From: Veleropilina oligotropha | Lineage: Eukaryota | Assembly: GCA_048128005.1 (NCBI GenBank) | Contig: JBEUKZ010000109.1 | Location: 1 to 64,000 of the forward strand | Direction: 5' to 3' | DNA: 64,000 bases | Shown here: piece by piece, positions 22,844-33,521 of the stretch | Layout of the letters: each line of letters starts with the position of its first letter | Numbering within the stretch: position 1 is the stretch's first letter | Notes under the pieces: model-generated | Seen by the model: the letters and a program-made list of their open reading frames with translations, nothing else | Database searches by the model: none | What the model was told of the DNA's origin: nothing | Program-made: the position numbers and the translations under genes

Positions 22844-24376
22844 CTATTTATTCGGTGGAAGTACGGGCTTTATGGCAGGTTTCGGTTTGTGCTGGCGGTC
22901 CAATGGCTGATCGCTTTCCATTGGATCGTTGGCAGCAGGAAGCAACTCAGGTGGTTCTGGGCTCTCCTTCGTCTGCCGGTTTAATTTCGCTGCTGCCTCT
23001 CTCCCACCATTTGTGGCAGCAGCAACGATTTCCGCCGCGAGGTCCTCAATAGTGGTATCAGTATTATTATTATCAATTTGGTCATCTGATGGTTCATTAG
23101 TGTCCATAAGGTGACCAAAGCGATTATGCAGCTTAATTGGGTCCTCGGACCCTTTGGGCTGTCTGTTTGGCTTAAGTGTTTGTTTTTTAGAGGTTGCTGC
23201 TTTGCGAGCAGCAGCAGCCTCTTTTGTAGAGTTGCGAGTAGGTTTGTTAGGTTTAGTAGTTTTGATAGATGTAATTATTGATTTGACAGTTTGAGATGAT
23301 GATTCTGATAGTGATGACGAAGATGGTTTATTTCGAGATGGCAAAGTACTGAAGAACGCTTCACCAGATGGCCAGGTGATATCCGTTTGAGTCGAAGAGG
23401 ATCGAGTGACAGGCCTCTGCTCCGTTGCTGTAGCAATTGCTGCGTAGGATCTACCCAAAGTAGTCCTGGATTCAACCAGTTTCCGGGCATCAGGGAAAGA
23501 GATCCGGTCGATGGTTTTGACCCTCTGGATCTCTTTCTCATGCTTCCACTTTGGGCAGTCCTTGGAGTAAGCGAAGTGCTTACCCCTGCAATTACAGCAT
23601 AGTGGTGGCTTGGAGCAGGAGTCAGTCTCGTGACCCTCCTCGCTGCAGCGAGCACATGCGGGATTCCTTCTGCATCGGTCCTTATGATGCCCAAATGCTT
23701 GGCATTTGAAGCATCTCAAGGGGTTTGGGATGTAGGGTTCGACAGGGATGCTAATATAACCAGCTTTCACAGTTTTAGGTAGCACTGGAAGGCGAAAGTC
23801 CAAGATGATGGTGTTGATGGGAACTTTCTTCCCATCCTTGAACATGGTCAGGCGTGTAACCTTGGTTACACCCTGGCTCATCATACCTTCCAGCAGCTCA
23901 GGTTCACTGCATCCCTGCAGGTCCCTAGATCGAATTACTCCCTTAGAGCTGTTCAAAGACCGATGCGGTCTGATTTCAACTGGGATGTTAACAAAATTGT
24001 TAGAACGAAGGAGATTCTCCGCATGGCTCTTCCTGGCGCATTCCACCAGTAGTGTGCCATCTCGAAGTTTTTTAACTGATCGAGGTTCGCCTGCAAGGCC
24101 GAGGATGGCCTTGGAGATAGCGAATGGACTCAATGAAGTAATTGGTGTATTTGAGTTCAGTGCCTCGATCGTCAAGAAACGGGGCCAACTTTCCGGTACA
24201 GGTGGAGGAGGATTAGGTAGATATGGGGCCTCTATCTCAGGATCAAAAGGGATAGACCGGAAAGCGGCCATGAATTTAGCGTCGTCGTCATCATCAGAAT
24301 CAACAGAAATGTTTTTTCGTCGTTTAGCAGTGTTATAGTGCGATTTGTGTGCCATAGTGTTTGTGTAGTGATTCAT
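22844..24376 (-). CDS. LINE ORF1 gag-like nucleic-acid-binding protein
   Basis: PH.SLNSSKGVI and YIPNPLRCFKCQAFGH, with three zinc knuckles. The first ATG is at 24376. Confidence 0.93.
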   Translation of the reverse strand: MNHYTNTMAHKSHYNTAKRRKNISVDSDDDDDAKFMAAFRSIPFDPEIEAPYLPNPPPPVPESWPRFLTIEALNSNTPITSLSPFAISKAILGLAGEPRSVKKLRDGTLLVECARKSHAENLLRSNNFVNIPVEIRPHRSLNSSKGVIRSRDLQGCSEPELLEGMMSQGVTKVTRLTMFKDGKKVPINTIILDFRLPVLPKTVKAGYISIPVEPYIPNPLRCFKCQAFGHHKDRCRRNPACARCSEEGHETDSCSKPPLCCNCRGKHFAYSKDCPKWKHEKEIQRVKTIDRISFPDARKLVESRTTLGRSYAAIATATEQRPVTRSSSTQTDITWPSGEAFFSTLPSRNKPSSSSLSESSSQTVKSIITSIKTTKPNKPTRNSTKEAAAARKAATSKKQTLKPNRQPKGSEDPIKLHNRFGHLMDTNEPSDDQIDNNNTDTTIEDLAAEIVAAATNGGREAAAKLNRQTKESPEPPELLPAANDPMESDQPLDRQHKPKPAIKPVLPPNK

Positions 24377-25853
24377 CACCCGAGGTCCCCGCCCACCCCG
24401 GAGCCCAACAAGGGGGCATTTGATGGGTGCGGATTTCCAGCACCCAATGCCAGGGATACCCGGGTGATATACTCAAACAAGAGAATGAATATATAGTGGT
24501 GGGAAGTGTATATCCCACCATTCATTCCTCACTTGATTGACCCTTCAGCCACCGCCTTCTGGGATATAGATCAATGGATGGTGTGATCTATGATATGGTG
24601 TTTTAAGATGTAAAATTTAAATGATGATATATTTAAAATGTTAAATTATCCCAGGGCACGGCGTGACAAGCCGATTGATCAGATAGGGCCTATCTGACCT
24701 CCCGTCTAGCTGAATCCGAGGCCGAAGTAGTGTGTTGCTTCAGCCTAGACTGAAGCTCAACTACCAGGACCCTCTTTTCCAACATCACGGGTCGCCACCC
24801 ACGGCCAACAGGTGGCTCCCATTTGGGGGGATCTTACCCCTCTGCAGGGAGAGCAGTCGGCATATTCTAACCCCTAACCGACTGGGGGGGTGATGCAAAA
24901 AACAGTGGTAATACAGAAATATATACTAAAAACAACAACACTATCGGACATGTTGTGAAGAACGTGTGAATGTATATAAAGCTACATGAATGCACGAAAA
25001 ACCTACATGAATGCACAAATATATACATTTATCTATGCCACACTGTTTCACATTGCATGTTGTGCCTGTTGCAAAGTCTCGTCGGTTACTCGAATATATC
25101 GACAATAGCTGTCGGAGGACCACCTACCTAAAGTTTTAATAAGATGGTCCTCAATGCAACAAGCTGCAGCCGTAGTGGCCGCTCCAATTCGGAAAGAGTG
25201 GCCACTGTACTGGGAGGCAAGAAGACCAGCGGCAAGCTGCGCAGAGCCTTACAAAAGTACGATCGTGTTAGAGGTTCACCATTAGCACAAATAAACAGAG
25301 GGTCGGTTGGTTTAAAACCCATGGTATGGCGTACGCTAAGATGTCGTTATGTCCAGTCAGATCAATGAAGCGCTAAGTTGGGGAAAAGTTGAATTGTAAC
25401 CCCCTTTCGAAAAGGGTCTGTTTTTGATGTTTTTAAAGTGATCGACACTTTTTCCGACTTCACAACAACATCATTCATACAAAGATCTGAAGAAGGATCA
25501 AAAGGGGACTGTCTTATCGCAAACTCTCCACATCGAAGAAAACCGTAAAAAGCAACCAAACATACGCAAGTCAGCATGATATCAGTAAATGATGAAAACA
25601 TACCTCCTGCCAAGACGTGGAGAATTTGAGATAAGACCGAAGCAGTAATTGGTAGACGAGTTTGGGTAGGTGGACGTTGCAATTTCTTAATCGCCAGGCA
25701 TACCAGATGGAGTCTATTGAACGGTGTTCCATTCTCATGGATAAAAGGATTGCTAAATCCTGCTTTCATGTATGCGAATTTAATTGCTGCTAAGTATGTT
25801 TTAATAGTACCATAACCTATTCGCAAAACAGCATGACAATGTTTAACAAAATA

Positions 25854-27385
25854 TACTGAGTCAAAAAAGAAACTTCACAAAATGTAATTTGAAAAAGTAA
25901 TGAATAATTTTTCTCTGATGATACATCTATGTATCCGAAATGGGATCCCTATCTTTCGACGCTAGAAAAACGTTAGCAAACCCCCCTCAAACTCATCCAT
26001 TCCTCGTGCAAATGACGTTGGTGCCAAATCAGATTTTGCACGTGCAGTCAGTCACGTAATCTTCACATCGATGTTGATTTCATTTGCACTTGTTAGCATT
26101 GGCCTCAGGAATTGAAAAACACTTTTAAACCACGGTTCTAACGGTACTTTAAATGCCACGATTGTCAAATGTGCAACGTGAACGTGCCGTTGGCATGTTA
26201 CATGCGGGAAGATCAGTTATTGACGTCGCAAGAGCAATGGGATGCAGCCGTCGTACTGTGTATGACTTGCGAATTTGTCTACAAGAAACTGGCACCACTT
26301 CTGATCGCCCAAGGTCGGGTCGTCCACGTGTAACGTCATGAGCAGAAGACCGTTACATCGTCCTACGTCACCTACGTGACAGATTTCTGCCGGCTGCACG
26401 AACCAGGGCTGAGATGTTTAGAGGTCGACTGTCCTCACAGACCATTCGAAATCGGTTGCGGGCTGCCAATCTCCATCCTCGACGTCCATATCGTGGGCCA
26501 ATATTTACGCCATTTCATCGACGTCAACGTCTGCTGTGGGCCCAACGTCACCTCCGATGGACCCAAAGAGACTGGAATCGAGTCGTCTTTAGCGATGAAT
26601 CAAGGTTTACCCTCAGATTCGCGGACGGCAGGCATAAAGTCTGGAGACGACGTCGTGAACGGTATGCCCAGTGTTGTGTGCAGGAAGTGGACATATTCGG
26701 TGGCGGAAGTTGCATGGTGTGGGGTGCTTTCTGTGGGAACAACCGTTCTCGACTTCTGGTCATTCGTGGAAACATCACAGCTGCTGCTTATCGCGACCAG
26801 GTGCTCACCCCTGAACTCGTTCCTTTCATGGCGGCTCATGGCCCAGGTCTACATTTCCAGCATGATAATGCGCTGCCGCATACCGCGATGTTGACACGAA
26901 ATTTCCTTCAAAACGCTGGAATCAACGTCATGGACTGGCCATCAAGGTCCCCTGACCTTAATCCAATCGAGCACGTTTGGGATGCACTTGGGAGAAGGCT
27001 TCGTGGTCTTAGACACCAACCACAGAATTTGCAGGAACTTGGCGCTGCCTTGCAAGAGCAATGGCGCAGAATCCCCAACCACGTGTTCACAAACATCAGG
27101 CGGTCGATGAGGAGACGGTGTTTGGCAGTGGTGAATGCGCGAGGCGGCCATACACGATATTGAACTGAGAAATTTCGAATTTCTATTCTTGTGACTTGAC
27201 ATTCTGTATACACATGTTTTGGAACGGCGGTGTAGCCTAATGGAACTGATTGTGGCACTGTCAGTGTATCGAGTACATCACACACATCTCAGCAATGAAA
27301 TAATAACAATTTAACCATTTTACCATCTCTTGTTCTTTTTTAGTGCCCAGAAGAAAGAATGTGAAGTTTCTTTTTTGACTCGGTA
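25854..27385 (+). mobile_element. Tc1 (DD34E) transposon
   Basis: 26-bp TIRs TAC(T/C)GAGTCAAAAAAGAAACTTCACA; TA TSD at 25852-25853 and 27386-27387. Confidence 0.95.
26153..27163 (+). pseudogene. Tc1 transposase with one in-frame TGA
   Basis: HTH plus GRPR, FSDESRF, QHDNA, SPDLNPIE (D34E). ORFs 26153 and 26414 are in the same frame, separated by TGA at 26339-26341. Confidence 0.93.
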
Positions 27386-29125
27386 TATAATAAAATGTCC
27401 TCCGACACATTTGGCAATGAGCCAGAAGCTACTCTAATATTATTCAGGAGAAAACGTACATAGCATTTCAAACCATTACTATAGCATAACTTAGTAGATG
27501 GTGCCAATACACTCTCCCACAGCACATTAAGAGAGTCGTTTAAAATAGGATTGTCTCTGGGAAGGGAGGCACAATCTCTGGCTGCATCCTCGCATATGGC
27601 GCCAGTTGATGGAATTTCTGGAAATTGAAACGTGACAACGAATCAGCAATGGCATTGTCTCGACCCGGTAAGTGTTTTGCACGAATTACAAAGTTGTGTG
27701 TCATGGAACACAAGGTGAGACGTCGCATCAGCTGCATGATGGGAGCTGACTTACAACGACCTTTACACAAAATATGCACTGTTGCTTCATTATCACACAT
27801 GGCCCCACAAGATCGCACGATAATAATTGGGTATAGCTCCAACAACGCTAGACAAGTTAAGTTTGGATCCAACGCACATACTCCTGGTGGCCATGCTCCG
27901 CTAAACCACCTATCACCAAGAATACCTCCGAAACCGCATGAACCAGAAGCATCGGTAAACAGCGCGAGATCGGAAGCAAATATTTCGTTTTCACTCATGA
28001 AAAAGTTGCAACCATTCCACGATTGCATAAATACAATCCACATGCGTAATTCTAATCTACACAACTTGCTGAGGTAGATTCTGTGATGAAGTTCCTTGAC
28101 CGATGCCGATAAGGTAATCAAATATGAGATGAAAGATCTGCCAGGAATTACAACGCGAGCCGCAAAATTTAAGTGGCCCAACAAGCTTAATAACTCACGC
28201 TTGGTGCATTTCTTTTTATCCATAAAACCGGAGATCATTTCTAAAATTCGCTCGACTTTGGCAGATGGCAATCTGGCTTCAAATCGGCCAGTGTCCAGAA
28301 TAATACCGAGATATTCCAAACATGTTACAGGACCAACAGTTTTATGGGTCGCAAGGGGTATACCAAGTTTTGAAAACAAAGCGAGCATGGTGTTCATGGT
28401 TTCCTGAGCATCCACATTTGGGGCATCAATAGTTAAAAAGTCATCCAGGAGATGGAGGATGCAATTGACAGAAAAGTTATTGGATGCAATCCAGCATACT
28501 GCTTGCGCAAGTTGGTCAAAGAGTTTTGGACTAGATCTTCAACCAAAAACTAGTCTGGTGAAGAAATAGTATTGAGTCTTCCACTTTACACCATGAAAGG
28601 GCCAGAGGGAGGGTTTAATTGGGACTTGTTTAAAGGCGTCTTTAATGTCATATTTGTATTAGTTATTAACCTAGATTGAGGTGTTTGACCGCATGTAAAG
28701 ACCTGGGGTACAAACAAAGTGTAACGGGTGAGTCGATCCGAGGGCCTTGGCCCAAGGATTGACGCACCCGATACACTCTGTTTGTACCCCAGGTCTTTAC
28801 ATGCGGTCAAACACCGAAATCGTGGTTAATAACTTTCTTACACACTGATTTATATTGATAATAATATTATATGTTTTAAATATTATTATTTAATAAGTAT
28901 TGTTTACAATTTTGTCAAGCTGAACTGTATTTGGAATCATCCGATGCGTACGTTGAGCATGCAAAATATCGGCAAGAAAATAATATTGCGCATGACAAGA
29001 GTCAATAAGTTAACAATGTGAAACAAACAACCCGTGCAATTCGTATCAATGCAAAAATAGCTCTGCGTTATTGTTTTAAAGTTTTATTCGGTGTCATTTC
29101 GTTTCTGCACTCGCCATTGGCAAGA

Positions 29126-31170
29126 ATGTATTCCGATATATCAGATGATGATACGTTTGTCACACAAAATACTTTTAAACCAGAAGATAGTGATAACACA
29201 TCTGTTGATACCGATACGGTGGTGGATAATGTTTTAAGTTTACAAAGCGAATTTGGCATTAATAAAGAAGAATATGGTGAATTTACTTTGATCGTTCCAG
29301 AAGATAAGCCAAATGAAATTAAAGAAGACGGTGTTTTTAGATTTTCGAAACCGAAAACAACAGAAGAGCTGGATAAAATTCGCGATGAAAGACTTCCGGA
29401 AAATACGAGATACCTGGGCAGTTTCAGTATTTGAAGCTTGGAAAGCGGAGCGAATAAGAAGAAGCAACAGCAACCCTGTATTTGCGCTACCATGCAGTGG
29501 CAATAATATAGAGATGAAAAATATGACCAAAGAGTGCTTAAATGAATGTCTGTCATACTTCATAACAGAAGCCAAAAAGAAAAATGGAGACGATTATCCG
29601 CCTGATAGTTTGTATGCGCTAGCAATGTCAATACAGCACCATTTAAGAGAAAACGGGCTTTTAGTAAATTTTCTCGATGACAACGAATTCGATTTATTTA
29701 GGAAAAAATTGGACGCAGTCATGAAAGAAAGATCATCTCGAGGTTTGGGGTTGTTAAAAAAGCAGGCTGATGTAATCGAGTATGAGCAAGAGGAAGTTAT
29801 GTGGCAAAAGGGCATCTTAGGCGATGACCGTCCCCAAACGCTTTTGGATTCCTTAATATTTTCTTTTGGTTTACATTTTGCCTTAAGGTCTGGTAAAGAA
29901 CATAGAGCCCTGCGATTTGGATCTGATAAAGAGCCAAGTCAGTTATCGATACACAGAGATCCCATAAACAAGCGCCGGTATATCGAATATAAAGAGGATA
30001 TTTCGAAAACTAACAATGGTGGATTACATCATCGCCTATTTAAGAAAAAATGCACACGTGCCTACGAAAATACTGATAATCCATCGAGGTGCATCGTGAG
30101 GTTATTTGAGAAGTACAATCGATTATGGTAAGTACCTTTAAAACAGAAAAACTCTTCTGAATAAATGGGTTGAAACGTTCATTTGTAACATTTTGAGTTA
30201 TGTAGTGTATAGTAACTATAAATCTGTAAACGCATGCACTTAGTATATTATGCATATGTAAATTGATAGATGAATGGATTGATGCTTAATATCCTGTATA
30301 TTTGCAAACTTAATATTCAAGACGTGGCATGTCCATATTATCGCGAGAGTAATGCCCGGTCGCTCGAGGAAACTAACCCTCTTCAGTCATTTACGAACAA
30401 AAGTGATTCATAACTGAACAAATTCGAACCCACTACGGTTCGTCAGTGGAATCAAGCCAGTGATTTCAGAGTCCGCGCTCGTATCCACTACTTTTCCGAA
30501 TTTTTAATTTTCAGCCCAAGTAAAAAAACTGTGAACGCCCTTTATTTGAAACCGCTCAAGACTCCCAGAAGTGATTGCTGGTATGCAGCCATCCCGATAG
30601 GGGATAATACCCTTGCTAACACCGTGAAACGCATGTGTCAAAAAGCGGGGCTAGACGGATACTTCACCAATCATTCATTACGAGCAACAAGCGCAACACG
30701 GTTATACGACGCCAAGACTGATGAACAATTAATAATGGAAAAAACAGGTATTCATTTACTAGTATATAGCACTCTGACGTTAAACTACCCAGAAGAACTT
30801 TGTTCAACAGGGATTCAAAAGCATGCTAATAAATTAATATATATACGCATTCTCACGCACGCACACACACACATGCACGCACACGCACGCACACACAAAC
30901 ACACGCACACACTTTCCGTTTTGTAAGTGGAATTTGATTGGTTACACTATTTATTTATTAGGACATCGAAGTGAAGCTGTAAGAACCTACAAGCGTACAA
31001 AACCCGAACGCCAAGCAGAGCTCTCTGATGTAATGTATTCCGCACCGTCACCGAAAAAACAACGTCCCCTCTCTGGTCACGTCCAAATTACCAGCAGACC
31101 AGCTACGAATGAACTCGCTGACGCCTCTATGAACAAATCGTTGAATGTCACGATAAACATAAATTTATGA
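29126..31170 (+). pseudogene. Crypton tyrosine recombinase (DUF3504, ZMYM/QRICH1/KCTD1-like), 3 exons, one frameshift near 29405
   Basis: Exons 29126-30127, 30515-30747 and 30962-31170. Motifs: G.DYPPDSL, FALRSGKEHR, SKTNNGG, FTNHSLRAT, KTGHRS.AVRTYKR (R, HxxR, H, Y present). Confidence 0.88.
30325..30492 (-). mobile_element. Degenerate SINE in Crypton intron 1
   Basis: Minus strand reads GTAGTGGATACGAGCGCGGACTCTGAAATC...GGGTTCGAA, a tRNA-like head. Confidence 0.45.
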
Positions 31171-31892
31171 ATTTTTTTGTAATGGTGCAAATTGTCATAA
31201 TATATTAAATATTCGAATATACATTTGTTGTGTTCCTTAAAAGTATTTATTTTTTCATCTCACATGTTGAAAAGTTGACAACTTGTTCAGTTGCGCATGT
31301 CTGAAGTGAATATGTTGATAACCCGATCAAGTGCGCATGCGCATGCCAGGAGTCAATAAGTTGGCTTTCCGGGGTATTAAGCCAAATAAGAGACTCGAGA
31401 AAGACAATGAGTGACGTCATCATCAGTGTGTAAACAAAGAAATGTACCTTGACCCAGCTGACGTATCTTATGAATGGCATCGTCTATTGTGACATAAGAT
31501 AACGAGTAACAGTCTTTATCGATCAGTTCGTTGAGGCTCAAGGCATCCAACTTGTGTGGAGCAGATAAATCGACAATAAGGCGTTTCTTCAAAGAGTACT
31601 TGTGTTCGGCTACCCCCAGTGGGTTAACTCGATACAGGGTGAAAGGAGGCACACTGAACGGTCCAATGACGTAACCCTTAGAAACTTCATCCTGCAAGAG
31701 GCTAGTTACCGTCATTTCGTTTGACCGTGCTGACAAATTGTTCGGACATTCTAGTGAAGTGGTTGGAAGAGTAGTCATGCCAGTGTCGAAGCCATATTCA
31801 AGTCCGTTACACAAGGTATCGACAAAATTTTGGTCTGTATGTTCGGACAATTCTGCTCTTACATTAAGAACACTGATAGGGGTTGACGGCTG

Positions 31893-33409
31893 TCATTTAA
31901 ATTGATTTGTCTTAGAAGGAGCAGATGTGCAGGCAGTCGGCGCATGTGGTCCCTTGCAAGCGGAGCAAACATGCATAAAGGGACATTTATCAAAACTCTG
32001 ACACCTCGAAATATTGAAATTGTTACATATTTCTCGTCCATTGAACATAACACGGGGTCGTCCAAAGGAATCCCATGCCCGAGACGATGACGACGCAGTG
32101 TAAGACGAAGTGTGTGAAGCTCGCGCTTTTTGTTCCCAGAAACCGGTCATATGTAAGGCGCTGTTGCAGTCAAGACATGCAACACCGCGGTGCCCAGCAG
32201 ACAATTTTGCAAATAAACCTTGGTCACGCACTGACCAGTCAACTTTAGTGTTATAATGTTCCAGCAAGGAAGCAGAATTTACAGAAAAGGCTTGATGATA
32301 TTCGTAGAATAGATTGGTTTTGTAGATGGTAGCCATTTCGATAATATCCTGTTCGTAAAGATCGAGCTCCTCGCGACGGACAGGATATGCCTCGCACATA
32401 ACGGCTCAATACTTGGCGAAGGCAGTTAAGAATTGCGGTAGTCCGTATTACCCCGGATATGCAGTTCGTTACCGTCAGTGTCAACAAGAGACCGAGAACG
32501 ACCCCCCTCAAAATATGGAATCAGTAACGATGCTAAATTGATATGCTTACCGGAAATAATCTTCGTTCTGAGCGCTGGAGCGATACTAATGATCCGTGGC
32601 AGGTCTTGTGGAGAGACGCCAAAACGACCCCTTGGTAGCGACAATGTCGACATAGCTGTCATGGTCGTCGAGTCCCCGCAACGAGTCCCGGGAGTGGGTG
32701 AAAAGTCCATCGCTGTCTGCAACGAGAACGGCCCAGTACTTGATCCGGGAGCACTGGGTATAATGGAGGAAGCCGCCGGGTTATCTGGTCGCACAACCGC
32801 AGTTGCACTCGATGTTGCGTCCGATTTCAGCAACGAAACGGTTGAGTTTATGGAGGATAACTCCGCCTGAATCGTGGCAAGGACGGACATTACCGACGCT
32901 TCTTCGTGCTGGTCCGCGTCGTGCGTATGCGACAATGGCATTGGTGTCGGCAATGGCGACCTTTCTGTATGGCTCGATGAAGTGCGCCCTGCAGCATCGG
33001 TCGACGCACATGTCTGTGCGCGCGCCACAAAATCAAGAGAAAGGCTGGGCTGCTGATCCTCTGCTCGATGTAGCGACGGATTACTCGTGGGTGTTGGTTC
33101 GGGACAGACGTTTGTGGATAGATTTAAATCGATCATCTTAAGGAGATCTTTCCGCGAGAACGACTTCGGGACGTTCAGATTCCTGCATGCGAGGTAGGTT
33201 CTTAATTCATCCAGATGCCAGTTGGTCGGATCAGTGAGGTCGAGTTGTTGACGACTTGCGCATGTGCTTTGCCGTTTAGGGGGTGCTACAATGGCGGCCG
33301 AGTCAACAACGACAGCCGAGTCATTTTCTGAAGACTCTTCTGGAACTTCTTCGGCCGGATGAAAGTTAACATATCGCTTTCGTTTGGTAGCTCGATGCGG
33401 CCTGGGCAT
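31893..33409 (-). pseudogene. gag: Ngaro-like gag, frameshifted
   Basis: ATG at 33409. Relative to the 16435-17661 gag there is a short deletion/frameshift at ~32440 and a TGA at 32408-32406. The same C-terminal knuckles are present. Confidence 0.87.
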
Positions 33410-33521
33410 TTTCAATAATTGTTTAGATATTATCTGATCGGAATATCTAGTTAAGAAACTGGCGAGGTCAGTGAAGTAACACTGGTGAACAAGGCGCGCA
33501 CCAACGGGATAGCCACGATAA

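Larger units (their letters stand above)
18801..24889 (-). mobile_element. Full-length I-group (I/Nimb-like) LINE
   Basis: Perfect 12-bp TSD GTGATGCAAAAA (18789-18800, 24890-24901); 5' UTR, ORF1, ORF2, a 3' stem-loop and a short ATTC/AATC-type tail. Confidence 0.95.
25048..27525 (-). pseudogene. Tyrosine recombinase of the Ngaro-like element, split by Tc1 and frameshifted
   Basis: Removing Tc1 restores SEDILLYFVKHCH. Also AFYGFLRCGEF, SKTDPFRKG, YSGHSFRIGAAT, LGRWSSDSYCRYIR, with TGA at 25050-25048. Confidence 0.9.
28657..31434 (+). mobile_element. CryptonA-type tyrosine-recombinase DNA transposon
   Basis: Removing it restores the host RT frame with no TSD. Terminal ~175-bp hairpin at 28661-28834; 12-bp IR TTACACACTGAT (28838-28849) / ATCAGTGTGTAA (31422-31433); DUF3504-type gene inside. 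Confidence 0.88.
27540..31880 (-). pseudogene. pol: Ngaro-like RT/RNase H, split by CryptonA
   Basis: RVNPLGVAE.K...KKRLIVDLS; the rejoined GQGTFLC|KYDIKDAFK; LVFG*RSSP; HLLDDF; LEYLGIILD; LFTDASG; CDNEATV; N.IADSLSR. Contains a stop and an RH deletion. Confidence 0.9.

Noticed and set aside
20742..24338. Short antisense and alternate-frame ORFs overlapping LINE, Ngaro, Tc1 and Sola coding regions
   Set aside because: Shadow ORFs of real coding frames with no recognisable motifs.
29126..31170. Host ZMYM/QRICH1/KCTD1 gene
   Set aside because: It is inserted inside a retrotransposon RT, retains the YR catalytic residues and has no MYM or BTB domain.
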